Below the pieces are notes generated by a model. That model saw only the letters and a program-made list of their open reading frames with translations. It was not told the origin of the DNA and ran no database searches. A stretch of 64,000 nucleotides of DNA from Candidatus Poribacteria bacterium (lineage in GTDB: Bacteria > Poribacteria > WGA-4E > WGA-3G). The stretch lies in assembly GCA_963663765.2 (NCBI GenBank), contig CAXXUA010000004.1:384001-448000 (forward strand). Direction: 5' to 3'. This document shows, one piece after another, positions 41,307 to 51,105 of this stretch (its first letter is position 1; each line of letters begins with the position of its first letter). Both the position numbers and the translations under genes were made by a program.

Positions 41307-42326
41307 GTGGAATACAGGAGATTAGGTAAGAGCGGATTGAAGGTTTCCGAAATATGCTTGGGGACAATGACATTCGGTCATGGTGCAGATGCATCAGAAT
41401 CGGAACGGATGGTGCATCTTGCATGGGATGCTGGTGTGAACTTCTTTGACACAGCTAATTCCTACGGTGAAGGACAGTCAGAGATAATGCTTGGAAAAGC
41501 ACTCAAGGGTAGGCGGCGCGATGCTGTAGTTGCTACAAAGTTTTTCAATCCAATGGGTTCAGGTCCGAATGACTCTGGTATGTCACGTGTGCATATCATG
41601 CAGGCAATCGATGATAGTCTGAAGCGACTACAGATGGATTATGTTGACATCTACTATATTCACCACGTTGATACGCAAACACCTTTAGAGGAGATGCTGA
41701 GAGCATTACATGACCTTGTTAGGCAAGGTAAAGTTAGGTACACAGCATGTAGTAACTACCAAGCATGGCGATTGTCAGAAGCGCTGCGGATCAGTGAATC
41801 TCAAAACTTAGCGAAGTTTGTGTGCTATCAACCCTTGTATAACCTTGTCGTAAGAGATATTGAGCAGGAATTGGTGCCACTCTGCGAGTACAAAGGATTA
41901 GGCATAGTTGTGTGGAGTCCTTTAGCAGGTGGGTTTCTCTCTGGTAAATACAAGCCTGGTGAACGTACGCAAACAGAGTCTCGATCGGAAGAAGGATGGG
42001 CATTTCCACAACGATACTTTGCAGCAAACGCAGATGAGATATTAGAAACCTTGTTGACGGTTTCAAAGGAAATTGGATGGACACCTGCGCAAGTCGCACT
42101 CAGATGGGTGCTTCAGCAACCAACGATCACCTCAGCAATTGTTGGTGCAAGACATGTGGCACATTTAGAGGACAATCTCGGAGCAGTTGGAGGGGAGTTG
42201 AATACTGAGAATCTGCAAACACTATACAAAGTATCACAACTTCCTGACCGTTATCCAGAAGCGATGGAAAAGAATATGCACGAACGCAGGGATAATGCTG
42301 TTGATATGGCACTTCGGATGCCTTGA
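41307..42326 (+). CDS. aldo/keto reductase
   Basis: LGKSGLKVSEICLGTMTFG, FFDTANSY, ATK, SLKRLQMDYVDIYYIH, WSPLAGG. Confidence 0.95.
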   Translation: MEYRRLGKSGLKVSEICLGTMTFGHGADASESERMVHLAWDAGVNFFDTANSYGEGQSEIMLGKALKGRRRDAVVATKFFNPMGSGPNDSGMSRVHIMQAIDDSLKRLQMDYVDIYYIHHVDTQTPLEEMLRALHDLVRQGKVRYTACSNYQAWRLSEALRISESQNLAKFVCYQPLYNLVVRDIEQELVPLCEYKGLGIVVWSPLAGGFLSGKYKPGERTQTESRSEEGWAFPQRYFAANADEILETLLTVSKEIGWTPAQVALRWVLQQPTITSAIVGARHVAHLEDNLGAVGGELNTENLQTLYKVSQLPDRYPEAMEKNMHERRDNAVDMALRMP

Positions 42327-42369
42327 AGAAGGAAGATTATTTGACTAAATTGAGAAAAAAACACACAAT

Positions 42370-42519
42370 CAACTAGTGCTTAGTCACGTGTTTATTGATG
42401 GGTCTAAAAAGAAGTCGGGAATCGGAGTTCCCTCCTACAATACACACAATACACAAGACTTCTGTAGGAGCGATCTCCGAATCTCAACCTACAATAGTAT
42501 GTTGACTCAACACTAGTTG
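42370..42519. mobile_element. MITE with CTAG-containing ends enclosing a REP-like doublet
   Basis: caactagtgcttagtca / tgactcaacactagttg; internal gtcgggaatcggagttccctcctac (also at ~59900) and gtaggagcgatctccgaatc. Confidence 0.6.
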
Positions 42520-42552
42520 TACATATACGAACATTTCTTCTAAACAATTGAC

Positions 42553-42653
42553 TACAGCGTTTCTCATAAATGCGAATTTGTTCAAATTCACAGGATTGTG
42601 TGTCTGGCAAATCGGGTTAAATACCCCTCCTACCATTTATGAGATAGGTTGTA
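42553..42653. mobile_element. TA-ended MITE (family shared with 8659-8748)
   Basis: TACAGCGTTTCTCATAAATG ... CATTTATGAGATAGGTTGTA. Confidence 0.62.
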
Positions 42654-42699
42654 AATATAGTGTGGTAATTAAGATTTAAATACTGTATTTTCTTTATTC

Positions 42700-43080
42700 T
42701 CTAACATGTATGTTTGCTGTGGTATCATTGCTTGTTAGTAGAAATGGTATATTTATTATAATGCTGGTTTCTGTTACAGAACGAAGGAGATTGGTTTACG
42801 TAAAACGGTCGGTGCACAAAGGCTTGATATCCTTGCTCAATTTCTGGTAGAATCTACTACGTTAGCACTAATAGGTGGTCTTGTGGGTGTAGGTGTTTGC
42901 ATTGTCGGTGCTAAAATGGTTCCGTCACTTTGGGGTTGACGGACTGTCATCTCACCAATTTACGGGTTTCTCTCTTTCGTTGTAAGTGCATTGGTAGGTG
43001 TTTTCTTCGGTGCATATCCTGCGTGGAAAGAAGCGAAACTTCATCCGATAGATGCGCTAAGGCACGAATATACATCCTGA
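42700..43080 (+). pseudogene. C-terminal remnant of MacB/FtsX-type ABC permease
   Basis: Stitched frames read [69 protein letters not shown]. Confidence 0.82.
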
Positions 43081-43140
43081 TGTTAGGAAGTCATGGATTT
43101 TCAATTTTGATAGTACACATTGTGTATAGGAGGATTCAAC

Positions 43141-43857
43141 ATGTCAAAAGTTGCAGTGATTGCAGGTGTAGGTCCTGGTTTAGGTGCGGCGATTGCACGG
43201 AAATTCGCGAGTGAAGGGTGCAACCTTGCATTGCTATCGCGTTCTTCTGCTTATAGTATCAACTTATCAAACAGATTGGAAGAAACAGGTATAACAGCCA
43301 TCCCGATTCCAACTGATATTACGGATGCTGCGCAGGTCGCTGCAAGTTTTGCACAGATTCGTGAGGAGTTAGGTGCTCCAGATATTTTGGTCAATCATGC
43401 GGGAAATGCGGCATGGGGCAATCTATCAGAACTGACACCCGTTGCATTCGAAAACTCATGGCGTGTCTGTACACTCGGTGCATTCATTTGCACAAAGCAG
43501 GTCGTGCCTGGGATGATTGCTAAAGGTAGTGGAACGATTTTGTTTTCGGGTGCGACTTCTTCTGTGCGTGGAAGAGCGGGTGCGATTGCATTTAGCAGTG
43601 CAAAATTCGCGATGCGCGGATTAGCTTCTTCACTTGCTCGTGAGGTAGGACCACAAGGTATCCACGTTGCACATGTTATCATTGATGGTGTAATTGATAC
43701 CCCTGGTGTGCGGGAACGGTATCAACTAAAAGAAGATGAACCGCTGCTCTCCACGGATTCTATTGCGGATACGTATTGGGCATTGGTGCAGCAGGAACGT
43801 AGCGCATGGAGTTTTGAGATAGATGTCCGACCATACAATGAGGAATTCTTTACATAG
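43141..43857 (+). CDS. short-chain dehydrogenase/reductase
   Basis: IAGVGPGLG, NHAG, SGATSS, FSSAKF, HVAHVIIDG. Confidence 0.92.
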   Translation: MSKVAVIAGVGPGLGAAIARKFASEGCNLALLSRSSAYSINLSNRLEETGITAIPIPTDITDAAQVAASFAQIREELGAPDILVNHAGNAAWGNLSELTPVAFENSWRVCTLGAFICTKQVVPGMIAKGSGTILFSGATSSVRGRAGAIAFSSAKFAMRGLASSLAREVGPQGIHVAHVIIDGVIDTPGVRERYQLKEDEPLLSTDSIADTYWALVQQERSAWSFEIDVRPYNEEFFT

Positions 43858-43865
43858 TCTATAAA

Positions 43866-43904
43866 TATACTTTAGGCGCGCTATTTGAGCGCACCTAAAG
43901 TATA
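43866..43904. terminator. hairpin between convergent genes (likely bidirectional terminator)
   Basis: tatactttaggcgcgct-attt-gagcgcacctaaagtata. Confidence 0.65.
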
Positions 43905-43926
43905 ATGACTTGACAATTTTGTGGTC

Positions 43927-45297
43927 TTAAAAAGTACTCTCCCGATTTGTTATTGGACACCATCGTGTTGTTTGAAGGTGTTGGAGCAATACATTTTTCG
44001 CTTTTGGGGTGCCGATACGGTATAATGCATGTACTGTATCACCACGGACGTAGCGGTTCTCATGAAAAAGTAGATTTTCCAATCCTTCAACTGCATCTGC
44101 TGCGTTTTCACCTATCCGTGCTAGCGCGATAACTGCATTTCGTATAATACCTCCATTCCCACTTTCCAATGCTTCAATTAATGCTGGTACTGCCGCCGTG
44201 CTTGATTGACTGGTTGTACCTAACGCCTCAGCAGCTCTTCCCCTGACATTCCCTGATCCATCTTGTAATGCTTCAATTAGTGTAGGTACAGCAGATTCAG
44301 CTTTCGTCCCCAGGTCCCCCAGTGCTTCTGTGGCGTTTGCACGGACCTGTTCAGGAGAGTTTTCCAAAGCATTTTGTAAAGCATTTACTGCCGGTTTTCC
44401 TACTGCATTCAGTGCATAACTTGCATTTCGTCGGGTCATATCCGATTCTTCAAATAAGCATCTAATCAATGGGCGTACTGCTTCTTCACCAAACTTTGAT
44501 ATATGGTATGCAGCCTGCAATCCTGCTGACTCATTTGTGTCGTTTAGAGTGCTAATTAATTCAGACAACGATTCCCCATTAGGTGATGGTTTATCTGCAT
44601 TCTTTTCACCGAGATGCCAATTCCAAAGATGTTTGAACATCTCCTGATGTTCTGCTGGTCCGTGTTCTGTGCCGTTAGTCCATTCAGTTTCTTTGTTATC
44701 CCAAGTCGGTTCCGGTGGTTCGGTCATACGTAGATAGAGAAACTTCATCATATAACGTTTATGATCTGTCTGATTCGGCATTGCGCGGTGCCATAAGTCA
44801 TAATTTGCAAAGGCAACCGTCCCAGCTTTTCCTGAGATTGGATATTCGGGAGCTACCTCCTTGCCTTCCTGCGTGCTAAAGTAATGACTGATTGGAACAA
44901 CCCCTGTCGGACCTCGTTCAACGGGTGTATCTTGTGGATAATAGAAAGCAAGCAACCTACGTGTGTGGTGCGACCAGCGTTTACCACCGTCCTGATGTAA
45001 CCCTTGTCCCTTGCTACCGGGCGGATTGTAGTGCGGGTGACGGTGCGGTTGCATATAGTAATCTGGTCCTAACAAACTTGTCAATGCTCCTATTACATTC
45101 GGATCATCAAAAACGCACTGAATCTCGGGTATTCTGGGTAAAAGGTTATTGCCTGGATTGCCTTCCTTATCAAAAACGTTGACGGTTTTATTAAAGATTT
45201 CCTCATGGAATGTAATGGGCAAGTCAGTTGTAACGGTGATGAAACCGTTGACAACGAATTGTCGCATCTGCTCATCTGATAATAGGTTCTCAGCCAT
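43927..45297 (-). CDS. phytanoyl-CoA dioxygenase (PhyH) domain + HEAT repeats
   Basis: LHQDG (HxD), YYPQD..GPT, DLWHRA; C-terminal AVPALIEAL..VR..AAEALG repeats. Confidence 0.9.
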   Translation of the reverse strand: MAENLLSDEQMRQFVVNGFITVTTDLPITFHEEIFNKTVNVFDKEGNPGNNLLPRIPEIQCVFDDPNVIGALTSLLGPDYYMQPHRHPHYNPPGSKGQGLHQDGGKRWSHHTRRLLAFYYPQDTPVERGPTGVVPISHYFSTQEGKEVAPEYPISGKAGTVAFANYDLWHRAMPNQTDHKRYMMKFLYLRMTEPPEPTWDNKETEWTNGTEHGPAEHQEMFKHLWNWHLGEKNADKPSPNGESLSELISTLNDTNESAGLQAAYHISKFGEEAVRPLIRCLFEESDMTRRNASYALNAVGKPAVNALQNALENSPEQVRANATEALGDLGTKAESAVPTLIEALQDGSGNVRGRAAEALGTTSQSSTAAVPALIEALESGNGGIIRNAVIALARIGENAADAVEGLENLLFHENRYVRGDTVHALYRIGTPKAKNVLLQHLQTTRWCPITNRESTF

Positions 45298-45447
45298 TTT
45301 CAATTCCTCCAAAGGTTCGCTATTTTCTAATTTCAAATCACAATTTTGAATAATTATGTCATAATTCTGGGTGATTTACAACAAAAAACGTTCCTTCAGT
45401 TGGAAATTGTGGTATACTAATTCTCAAATTGCGTTGAGGAGACTTAC

Positions 45448-46647
45448 ATGGGAAGGTCTTTTGAGAAATCGTTAGCATGGCGTGAACGTGCAAGAGCAGC
45501 GTTAGTCGCTGGAGGGCAAGTGCATAAACAGAGCAATCCTCCGCAACCGATTATGATCGCTGGTGGGAAAGGTTCACACTTCTGGGATGCTGATGGAAAT
45601 GATTATATTGACTATCTGATGGGTTATGGTCCGATGATTCTCGGACATGCTTATCCTACCGTGATTGAAGCGGTTGCTAAAGCATTGGAACGCGGAAATG
45701 TATATAACGTAGGGCACACGTTGGAAATTGAACTTGCTGAGAAACTGATTGAGATAATTCCATCTGCAGAGAGAGTCGCTTACTTTGTTGGTGGTTCCGA
45801 TGCAACGACTGGTGCTTTGAAGTTTGCACGCGCTTATACAGAAAAGGAGAAGGTGATCCGCTGCGGATACCACGGTTGGCACGATTGGTGTCATAACACT
45901 CGTGGACACTTACTCAGTAGTGCTGCAACAACGTTAAGCGTTCCTTTTAACGATATGGATTCACTGGAGGATCTCTTCAAGGAACATACAGGGGAAATTG
46001 CGTGCATGATAATGGAACCTTCTGGACACGACTTACCTGCAGATGGATATTTGGAAAATGTTAAATCAATTGTAAATGCAAACGATGCGCTGTTGATTTT
46101 TGATGAGGTTAAAACTGGATTCCGATACGGTTTAGGTGGTGCGCAAAAGTATTTCGGTGTAACACCCGATATGTCGGTCTTTGGAAAGGCACTTGCTAAT
46201 GGGTTTGCCACTGCTGTTGTTGTTGGTAAGCAAGAAATAATGGACGAAGTTGCTGACGTTTGGGTTGCTGCTACCTTCCACGGAGAGGTCTCACTTGTTG
46301 CTGCCGCTATTGCTACAATTGCAGAATTGGAAGCGAAGGACGGTGTTGCTTTTATGTGGAAACAGGGAGAAAAACTGTTAAATGGTTTTATGGAAATGAC
46401 GCACCGATTGAGTATTAATCATGCCCGTTTTGGTGGGATCGGTCCGATGCCTTTTTTCGGTTTGAATGCAAACAACGATCAACAAGGTCGGTTCCGTAGA
46501 ATATTTTATGAACAAACATTAGATGGAGGATTATATCTACCTGAAGGACATATTTGGTTCATGTCTCTTTCTCACACGGATGAAGACATTGCAAAGACAC
46601 TGAGTGTAACAGAAGATGCACTCAAACACGCTAAAGCGAGAACATAA
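45448..46647 (+). CDS. class III aminotransferase (GSA aminomutase-like)
   Basis: WDADGNDYIDY, GYHGWHD, LIFDEVKTGFR, FGKALANG (PLP Lys). Confidence 0.9.
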   Translation: MGRSFEKSLAWRERARAALVAGGQVHKQSNPPQPIMIAGGKGSHFWDADGNDYIDYLMGYGPMILGHAYPTVIEAVAKALERGNVYNVGHTLEIELAEKLIEIIPSAERVAYFVGGSDATTGALKFARAYTEKEKVIRCGYHGWHDWCHNTRGHLLSSAATTLSVPFNDMDSLEDLFKEHTGEIACMIMEPSGHDLPADGYLENVKSIVNANDALLIFDEVKTGFRYGLGGAQKYFGVTPDMSVFGKALANGFATAVVVGKQEIMDEVADVWVAATFHGEVSLVAAAIATIAELEAKDGVAFMWKQGEKLLNGFMEMTHRLSINHARFGGIGPMPFFGLNANNDQQGRFRRIFYEQTLDGGLYLPEGHIWFMSLSHTDEDIAKTLSVTEDALKHAKART

Positions 46648-46671
46648 ACAAGCAAGAAAGGAAGTACATAT

Positions 46672-47544
46672 ATGGAACAAACGATAGATTACACAAAACC
46701 CTTTATCGTTGATAAAAACTTAGGTGCGGCACTTGATATCGATAATACCTCACTACCACAAACAACCTCTGATGGAACACCTGTTGTGCCACCAACTCAG
46801 GAGCAGAAATACTTGTTTGATATGCGCGGGTGGCTTTTAATTCCCAGTGTGTTGTCTGGTGATGAACTTGAAGAAATGCAGGAATTCTGTCATCGTCTCC
46901 GCAACGATCCGGAATCTATTCCAGAGCATGAACGTTCACCGCTTGGGGGACCGATGCAGAAGTTAGCTGATCACCCCAATGTTGTTGGATTTCTGAACGA
47001 GTTTCTTGCTCATCCAGCTTTATCAAGTCCAGAATGTTACGGTTTCAGGATGGAATCGTGCCACATGTTCCACCGTACTGTAGGAGATGGTAATTTTGGT
47101 CCTCACAACGGGAATGGTCTGTTACGATTTCCCGGTGATTCGCATCTGTATCGGTGTATACCGGGTAGAGGATACAGTGGATTGACTCGGATTGTTTGGG
47201 AGCTCAACCCAGTCAAGTATAGACAAGGTGGAACACTTTTTATCACTGGAAGTCATAAGGCAGTTTATACTGCGCCAGAAAGTATCCGTACACCTGATTC
47301 CCCAATTTGGGATACATACGAGTGTCCAGCAGGTTCGTTGCTATTCTTCACAGAGGCGCTGACACATAGTACACACAAATGGACGAATGAGGAAAATAAC
47401 CGTTTAGCGATTTTTAGCTGCTATAACACTGTAAATAGTAAATGGCATCAATGGAATCCGCATCCGAAGTTGCTTGAGGAAATGCCGCCGAAACGACAAA
47501 CACTATATAGACCTGTTCGTGCAGCAAATAACTTGATTCAGTAA
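46672..47544 (+). CDS. PhyH-family 2OG-Fe(II) dioxygenase-like protein
   Basis: QKYLFDMRGWL, PHNG, GGTLFITGSHK, AGSLLFFTEALTH. Confidence 0.85.
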   Translation: MEQTIDYTKPFIVDKNLGAALDIDNTSLPQTTSDGTPVVPPTQEQKYLFDMRGWLLIPSVLSGDELEEMQEFCHRLRNDPESIPEHERSPLGGPMQKLADHPNVVGFLNEFLAHPALSSPECYGFRMESCHMFHRTVGDGNFGPHNGNGLLRFPGDSHLYRCIPGRGYSGLTRIVWELNPVKYRQGGTLFITGSHKAVYTAPESIRTPDSPIWDTYECPAGSLLFFTEALTHSTHKWTNEENNRLAIFSCYNTVNSKWHQWNPHPKLLEEMPPKRQTLYRPVRAANNLIQ

Positions 47545-47579
47545 AGGTTTGTTATCATGATTAAACATTTTGGTTTTTC

Positions 47580-47608
47580 TTGAATTCTACTCCGATATGT
47601 GATAGAAT
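47580..47608 (+). promoter_or_regulatory. sigma70-type promoter ahead of Uma2 array
   Basis: TTGAAT-N17-TAGAAT. Confidence 0.55.
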
Positions 47609-47665
47609 TTTCTGCAATAGTTATACTAAGGACCTATCTACAATATTAGCAACTAAGGAAGTGCT

Positions 47666-48400
47666 ATGATGACAGCTAAAAATGGAAATCCACAACCATC
47701 TCCGAATATAGATGTCGGCTATCGCATAGGTCATGCACCGACTTTAGAAACGGATATATACTATCCAGAATCGGATGGAAAACCTATGGCAGAGACAGAC
47801 CTACATCGAGATGCAATGATAAAAACGATTCAAATACTTTCTGAGTATTACAAAGAATACTGGGATGTGTATATATCTGGTAATCTCATGATGTATTATA
47901 TCAAAGGCAATCCTCGGAAATCTATTTCACCTGATGTATTTGTCGCTTTTGGAGTCGGTAAAAAACAAAAAAGAACATACCAAATTTGGAATGAGGGTAA
48001 ACCACCAGACTTTGTCTTAGAGTTTTCAAGTGAAAATACTTATAGAAATGATCTCAATGCAAAAAAGGATTTATATGCGTCAATAGGAATAACTGAGTAT
48101 TTCCTTTACGACCCTGAAAGATGCCATTTACCATCACCGCTGATGGGATTTCGTCTTGTAGATGGTGAGTATGAAGACATTCCTCTTGATGCAGATGGTC
48201 ACCTGTTTTCAGATTCGTTAGGTTTGTCTTTGCGTTTACGAGGAGAGGGTCTGGGTTTCTATGATACTACAAAGGACAGATGGTTAGAAACACCCGCTGA
48301 AGCAGCAGCAATCCGAGCAGAACAAGAAGCTGCAGCAAGAAAGCAAGCAGAAGCAGAAATAGCAAGACTCCAAGAGGAAATTAATCAGTTAAAAGCATAA
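47666..48400 (+). CDS. Uma2 (DUF820) family putative PD-(D/E)XK endonuclease, copy 1
   Basis: YPESDGKPMAETDLH, SPDVFV, PDFVLEFSS, K..LY...GI.EYFL.DP; short coiled-coil tail. Confidence 0.92.
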   Translation: MMTAKNGNPQPSPNIDVGYRIGHAPTLETDIYYPESDGKPMAETDLHRDAMIKTIQILSEYYKEYWDVYISGNLMMYYIKGNPRKSISPDVFVAFGVGKKQKRTYQIWNEGKPPDFVLEFSSENTYRNDLNAKKDLYASIGITEYFLYDPERCHLPSPLMGFRLVDGEYEDIPLDADGHLFSDSLGLSLRLRGEGLGFYDTTKDRWLETPAEAAAIRAEQEAAARKQAEAEIARLQEEINQLKA

Positions 48401-48480
48401 TTGACATTCTCAAATTCAAATCCTCAAGACTAATTGTAATTAGACTCTGTCGCTATTCTACATACTAAGGAGGTGCGATA

Positions 48481-49254
48481 ATGGCAGATAAAATAGGGAA
48501 ATCTAATAATTCATATATTTCTGATACCGAAAAACGCCTACGATATGCACCGACTTTAGAAACGGATATATACTATCCAGAATCGGATGGGAAACCTATG
48601 GCAGAGACAGACCTACATCGAGATGCAATGATAAAAACGATTCAAATACTTTCTGAGTATTACAAAGAATACTGGGATGTGTATATATCTGGTAATCTCA
48701 TGATGTATTATATCAAAGGTAATCCTCGGAAATCTATTTCACCTGATGTATTTGTCGCTTTTGGAGTCGGTAAAAAACAAAGAAGAACATACCAAATTTG
48801 GAATGAGGGTAAACCACCAGACTTTGTCTTAGAGTTTTCAAGTGAAAATACTTATAGAAATGATCTCAATGCAAAAAAGGATTTATATGCGTCAATAGGA
48901 ATAACTGAGTATTTCCTTTACGACCCTGAAAGATGCCATTTACCATCACCTCTGATGGGATTTCGTCTTGTAGATGGTGAGTATGTAGACATTCCTCTTG
49001 ATGGTGATGGTCACCTGTTTTCAGATACATTAGGTTTGTCATTACGTTTGCGAGGAGAGGGTCTGAGTTTCTATGATACTACAAAGGACAAATGGTTGGA
49101 AACACCCGCTGAAGCAGCAGCAATCCGAGCAGATGAGGAAAAAACACGAGCAGAGCAAGAAGCTGCACGAGCAGAACAAGAAGCTGCAGCAAGAAAGCAA
49201 GCAGAAGCAGAAATAGCAAGACTCCAAGAGGAAATTAATCAGTTAAAAGCATAA
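48481..49254 (+). CDS. Uma2 family endonuclease, copy 2
   Basis: Near-identical to copy 1 from APTLETD onward; tail +2 heptads. Confidence 0.92.
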   Translation: MADKIGKSNNSYISDTEKRLRYAPTLETDIYYPESDGKPMAETDLHRDAMIKTIQILSEYYKEYWDVYISGNLMMYYIKGNPRKSISPDVFVAFGVGKKQRRTYQIWNEGKPPDFVLEFSSENTYRNDLNAKKDLYASIGITEYFLYDPERCHLPSPLMGFRLVDGEYVDIPLDGDGHLFSDTLGLSLRLRGEGLSFYDTTKDKWLETPAEAAAIRADEEKTRAEQEAARAEQEAAARKQAEAEIARLQEEINQLKA

Positions 49255-49334
49255 TTGACATTCTCAAATTCAAATCCTCAAGACTAATTGTAATTAGACC
49301 CTGTCGCTATTCTACATATTAAGGAGGCGCGATA

Positions 49335-50129
49335 ATGGCAGATAAAATAGGGAAATCTAATAATTCATATATTTCTGATACCGAAAAACGCCTACGATAT
49401 GCACCGACTTTAGAAACGGATATATACTATCCAGAATCGGATGGGAAACCTATGGCAGAGACAGACCTACATCGAGATGCAATGATAAAAACGATTCAAA
49501 TACTTTCTGAGTATTACAAAGAATACTGGGATGTGTATATATCTGGTAATCTCATGATGTATTATATCAAAGGTAATCCTCGGAAATCTATTTCACCTGA
49601 TGTATTTGTCGCTTTTGGAGTCGGTAAAAAACAAAGAAGAACATACCAAATTTGGAATGAAGGTAAACCGCCAGACTTTGTGTTAGAGTTTTCAAGTGAA
49701 AATACTTATAGAAATGATCTCAATACAAAAAAGGATTTATATGCGTCAATAGGAATTACTGAGTATTTCCTTCACGACCCTGAAAGACGCCATTTACCAT
49801 CACCTCTGATGGGATTTCGTCTTGTAGATGGTGAGTATGTAGACATTCCTCTTGATGCAGATGGTCACCTGTTTTCAGATACATTAGGTTTGTCATTGCG
49901 TTTGCGAGGAGAGGGTCTGGGTTTTTACGATAATACAACGGAAAAATGGTTGGAAACACCCGCTGAAGCAGCAGCAATCCGAGCAGATGAGGAAAAAACA
50001 CGAGCAGAACAGGAAGCTGCTGCAAGACAGACCGCTGAATCTATAGCACTGCAAGAAGCCGCTGCAAGAAAGCAAGCAGAAGCAGAAATAGCAAGACTCC
50101 AAGAAGAAATTAATCAGTTAAAAGCATAA
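49335..50129 (+). CDS. Uma2 family endonuclease, copy 3
   Basis: Near-identical; tail +3 heptads relative to copy 1. Confidence 0.92.
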   Translation: MADKIGKSNNSYISDTEKRLRYAPTLETDIYYPESDGKPMAETDLHRDAMIKTIQILSEYYKEYWDVYISGNLMMYYIKGNPRKSISPDVFVAFGVGKKQRRTYQIWNEGKPPDFVLEFSSENTYRNDLNTKKDLYASIGITEYFLHDPERRHLPSPLMGFRLVDGEYVDIPLDADGHLFSDTLGLSLRLRGEGLGFYDNTTEKWLETPAEAAAIRADEEKTRAEQEAAARQTAESIALQEAAARKQAEAEIARLQEEINQLKA

Positions 50130-50209
50130 TTGACATTCCCAAATTCAAATCCTCAAGACTAATTGTAATTAGACCCTATCGCTATTCTACATATTAAGGA
50201 GGCGCGATA

Positions 50210-51025
50210 ATGGCAGATAAAATAGGGAAACCTAATACTTCATATATTACTGATACCGAAAAACGCCTGCGATACGCACCGACTTTAGAAACGGATATAT
50301 ACTATCCAGAATCGGATGGGAAACCTATGGCAGAGACAGACCTACATCGAGATGCAATGATAAAAACGATTCAAATACTTTCTGAGTATTACAAAGAATA
50401 CTGGGATGTGTATATATCTGGTAATCTCATGATGTATTATATCAAAGGTAATCCTCGGAAATCTATTTCACCTGATGTATTTGTCGCTTTTGGAGTCGGT
50501 AAAAAACAAAGAAGAACATACCAAATTTGGAATGAAGGTAAACCGCCAGACTTTGTCTTAGAGTTTTCAAGTGAAAATACTTATAGAAATGATCTCAATG
50601 CAAAAAAGGACTTATATGCGTCAATAGGAATAACTGAGTATTTCCTTCACGACCCTGAAAGACGCCATTTACCATCACCACTGATGGGATTTCGTCTTGT
50701 AGATGGTGAGCATGCAGACATTCCTCCCGATGCAGATGGTCACCTGTTTTCAGATACATTAGGTTTGTCATTGCGTTTGCGAGGAGAGGGTCTGGGTTTT
50801 TACGATAATACAACGGAAAAATGGTTGGAAACACCCGCTGAAGCAGCAGCAATCCGAGCTGATGAGGAAAAAACACGAGCAGAGCAAGAAGCTGCACGAG
50901 CAGAACAAGAAACTGCTGCAAGAAAGACAGCTGAATCTTTAGCACAACAAGAAGCAGATGCAAGAAAGCAAGCAGAAGCAGAAATAGCAAGACTTCAAGA
51001 GGAAATTAATCAGTTAAAAGCATAA
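50210..51025 (+). CDS. Uma2 family endonuclease, copy 4
   Basis: Near-identical; tail +4 heptads relative to copy 1. Confidence 0.92.
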   Translation: MADKIGKPNTSYITDTEKRLRYAPTLETDIYYPESDGKPMAETDLHRDAMIKTIQILSEYYKEYWDVYISGNLMMYYIKGNPRKSISPDVFVAFGVGKKQRRTYQIWNEGKPPDFVLEFSSENTYRNDLNAKKDLYASIGITEYFLHDPERRHLPSPLMGFRLVDGEHADIPPDADGHLFSDTLGLSLRLRGEGLGFYDNTTEKWLETPAEAAAIRADEEKTRAEQEAARAEQETAARKTAESLAQQEADARKQAEAEIARLQEEINQLKA

Positions 51026-51105
51026 TTGACATTCTCAAATTCAAATCCTCAAGACTAATTGTAATTAGACCCTGTCGCTATTCTACATATTAAGGAGGCG
51101 CGATA

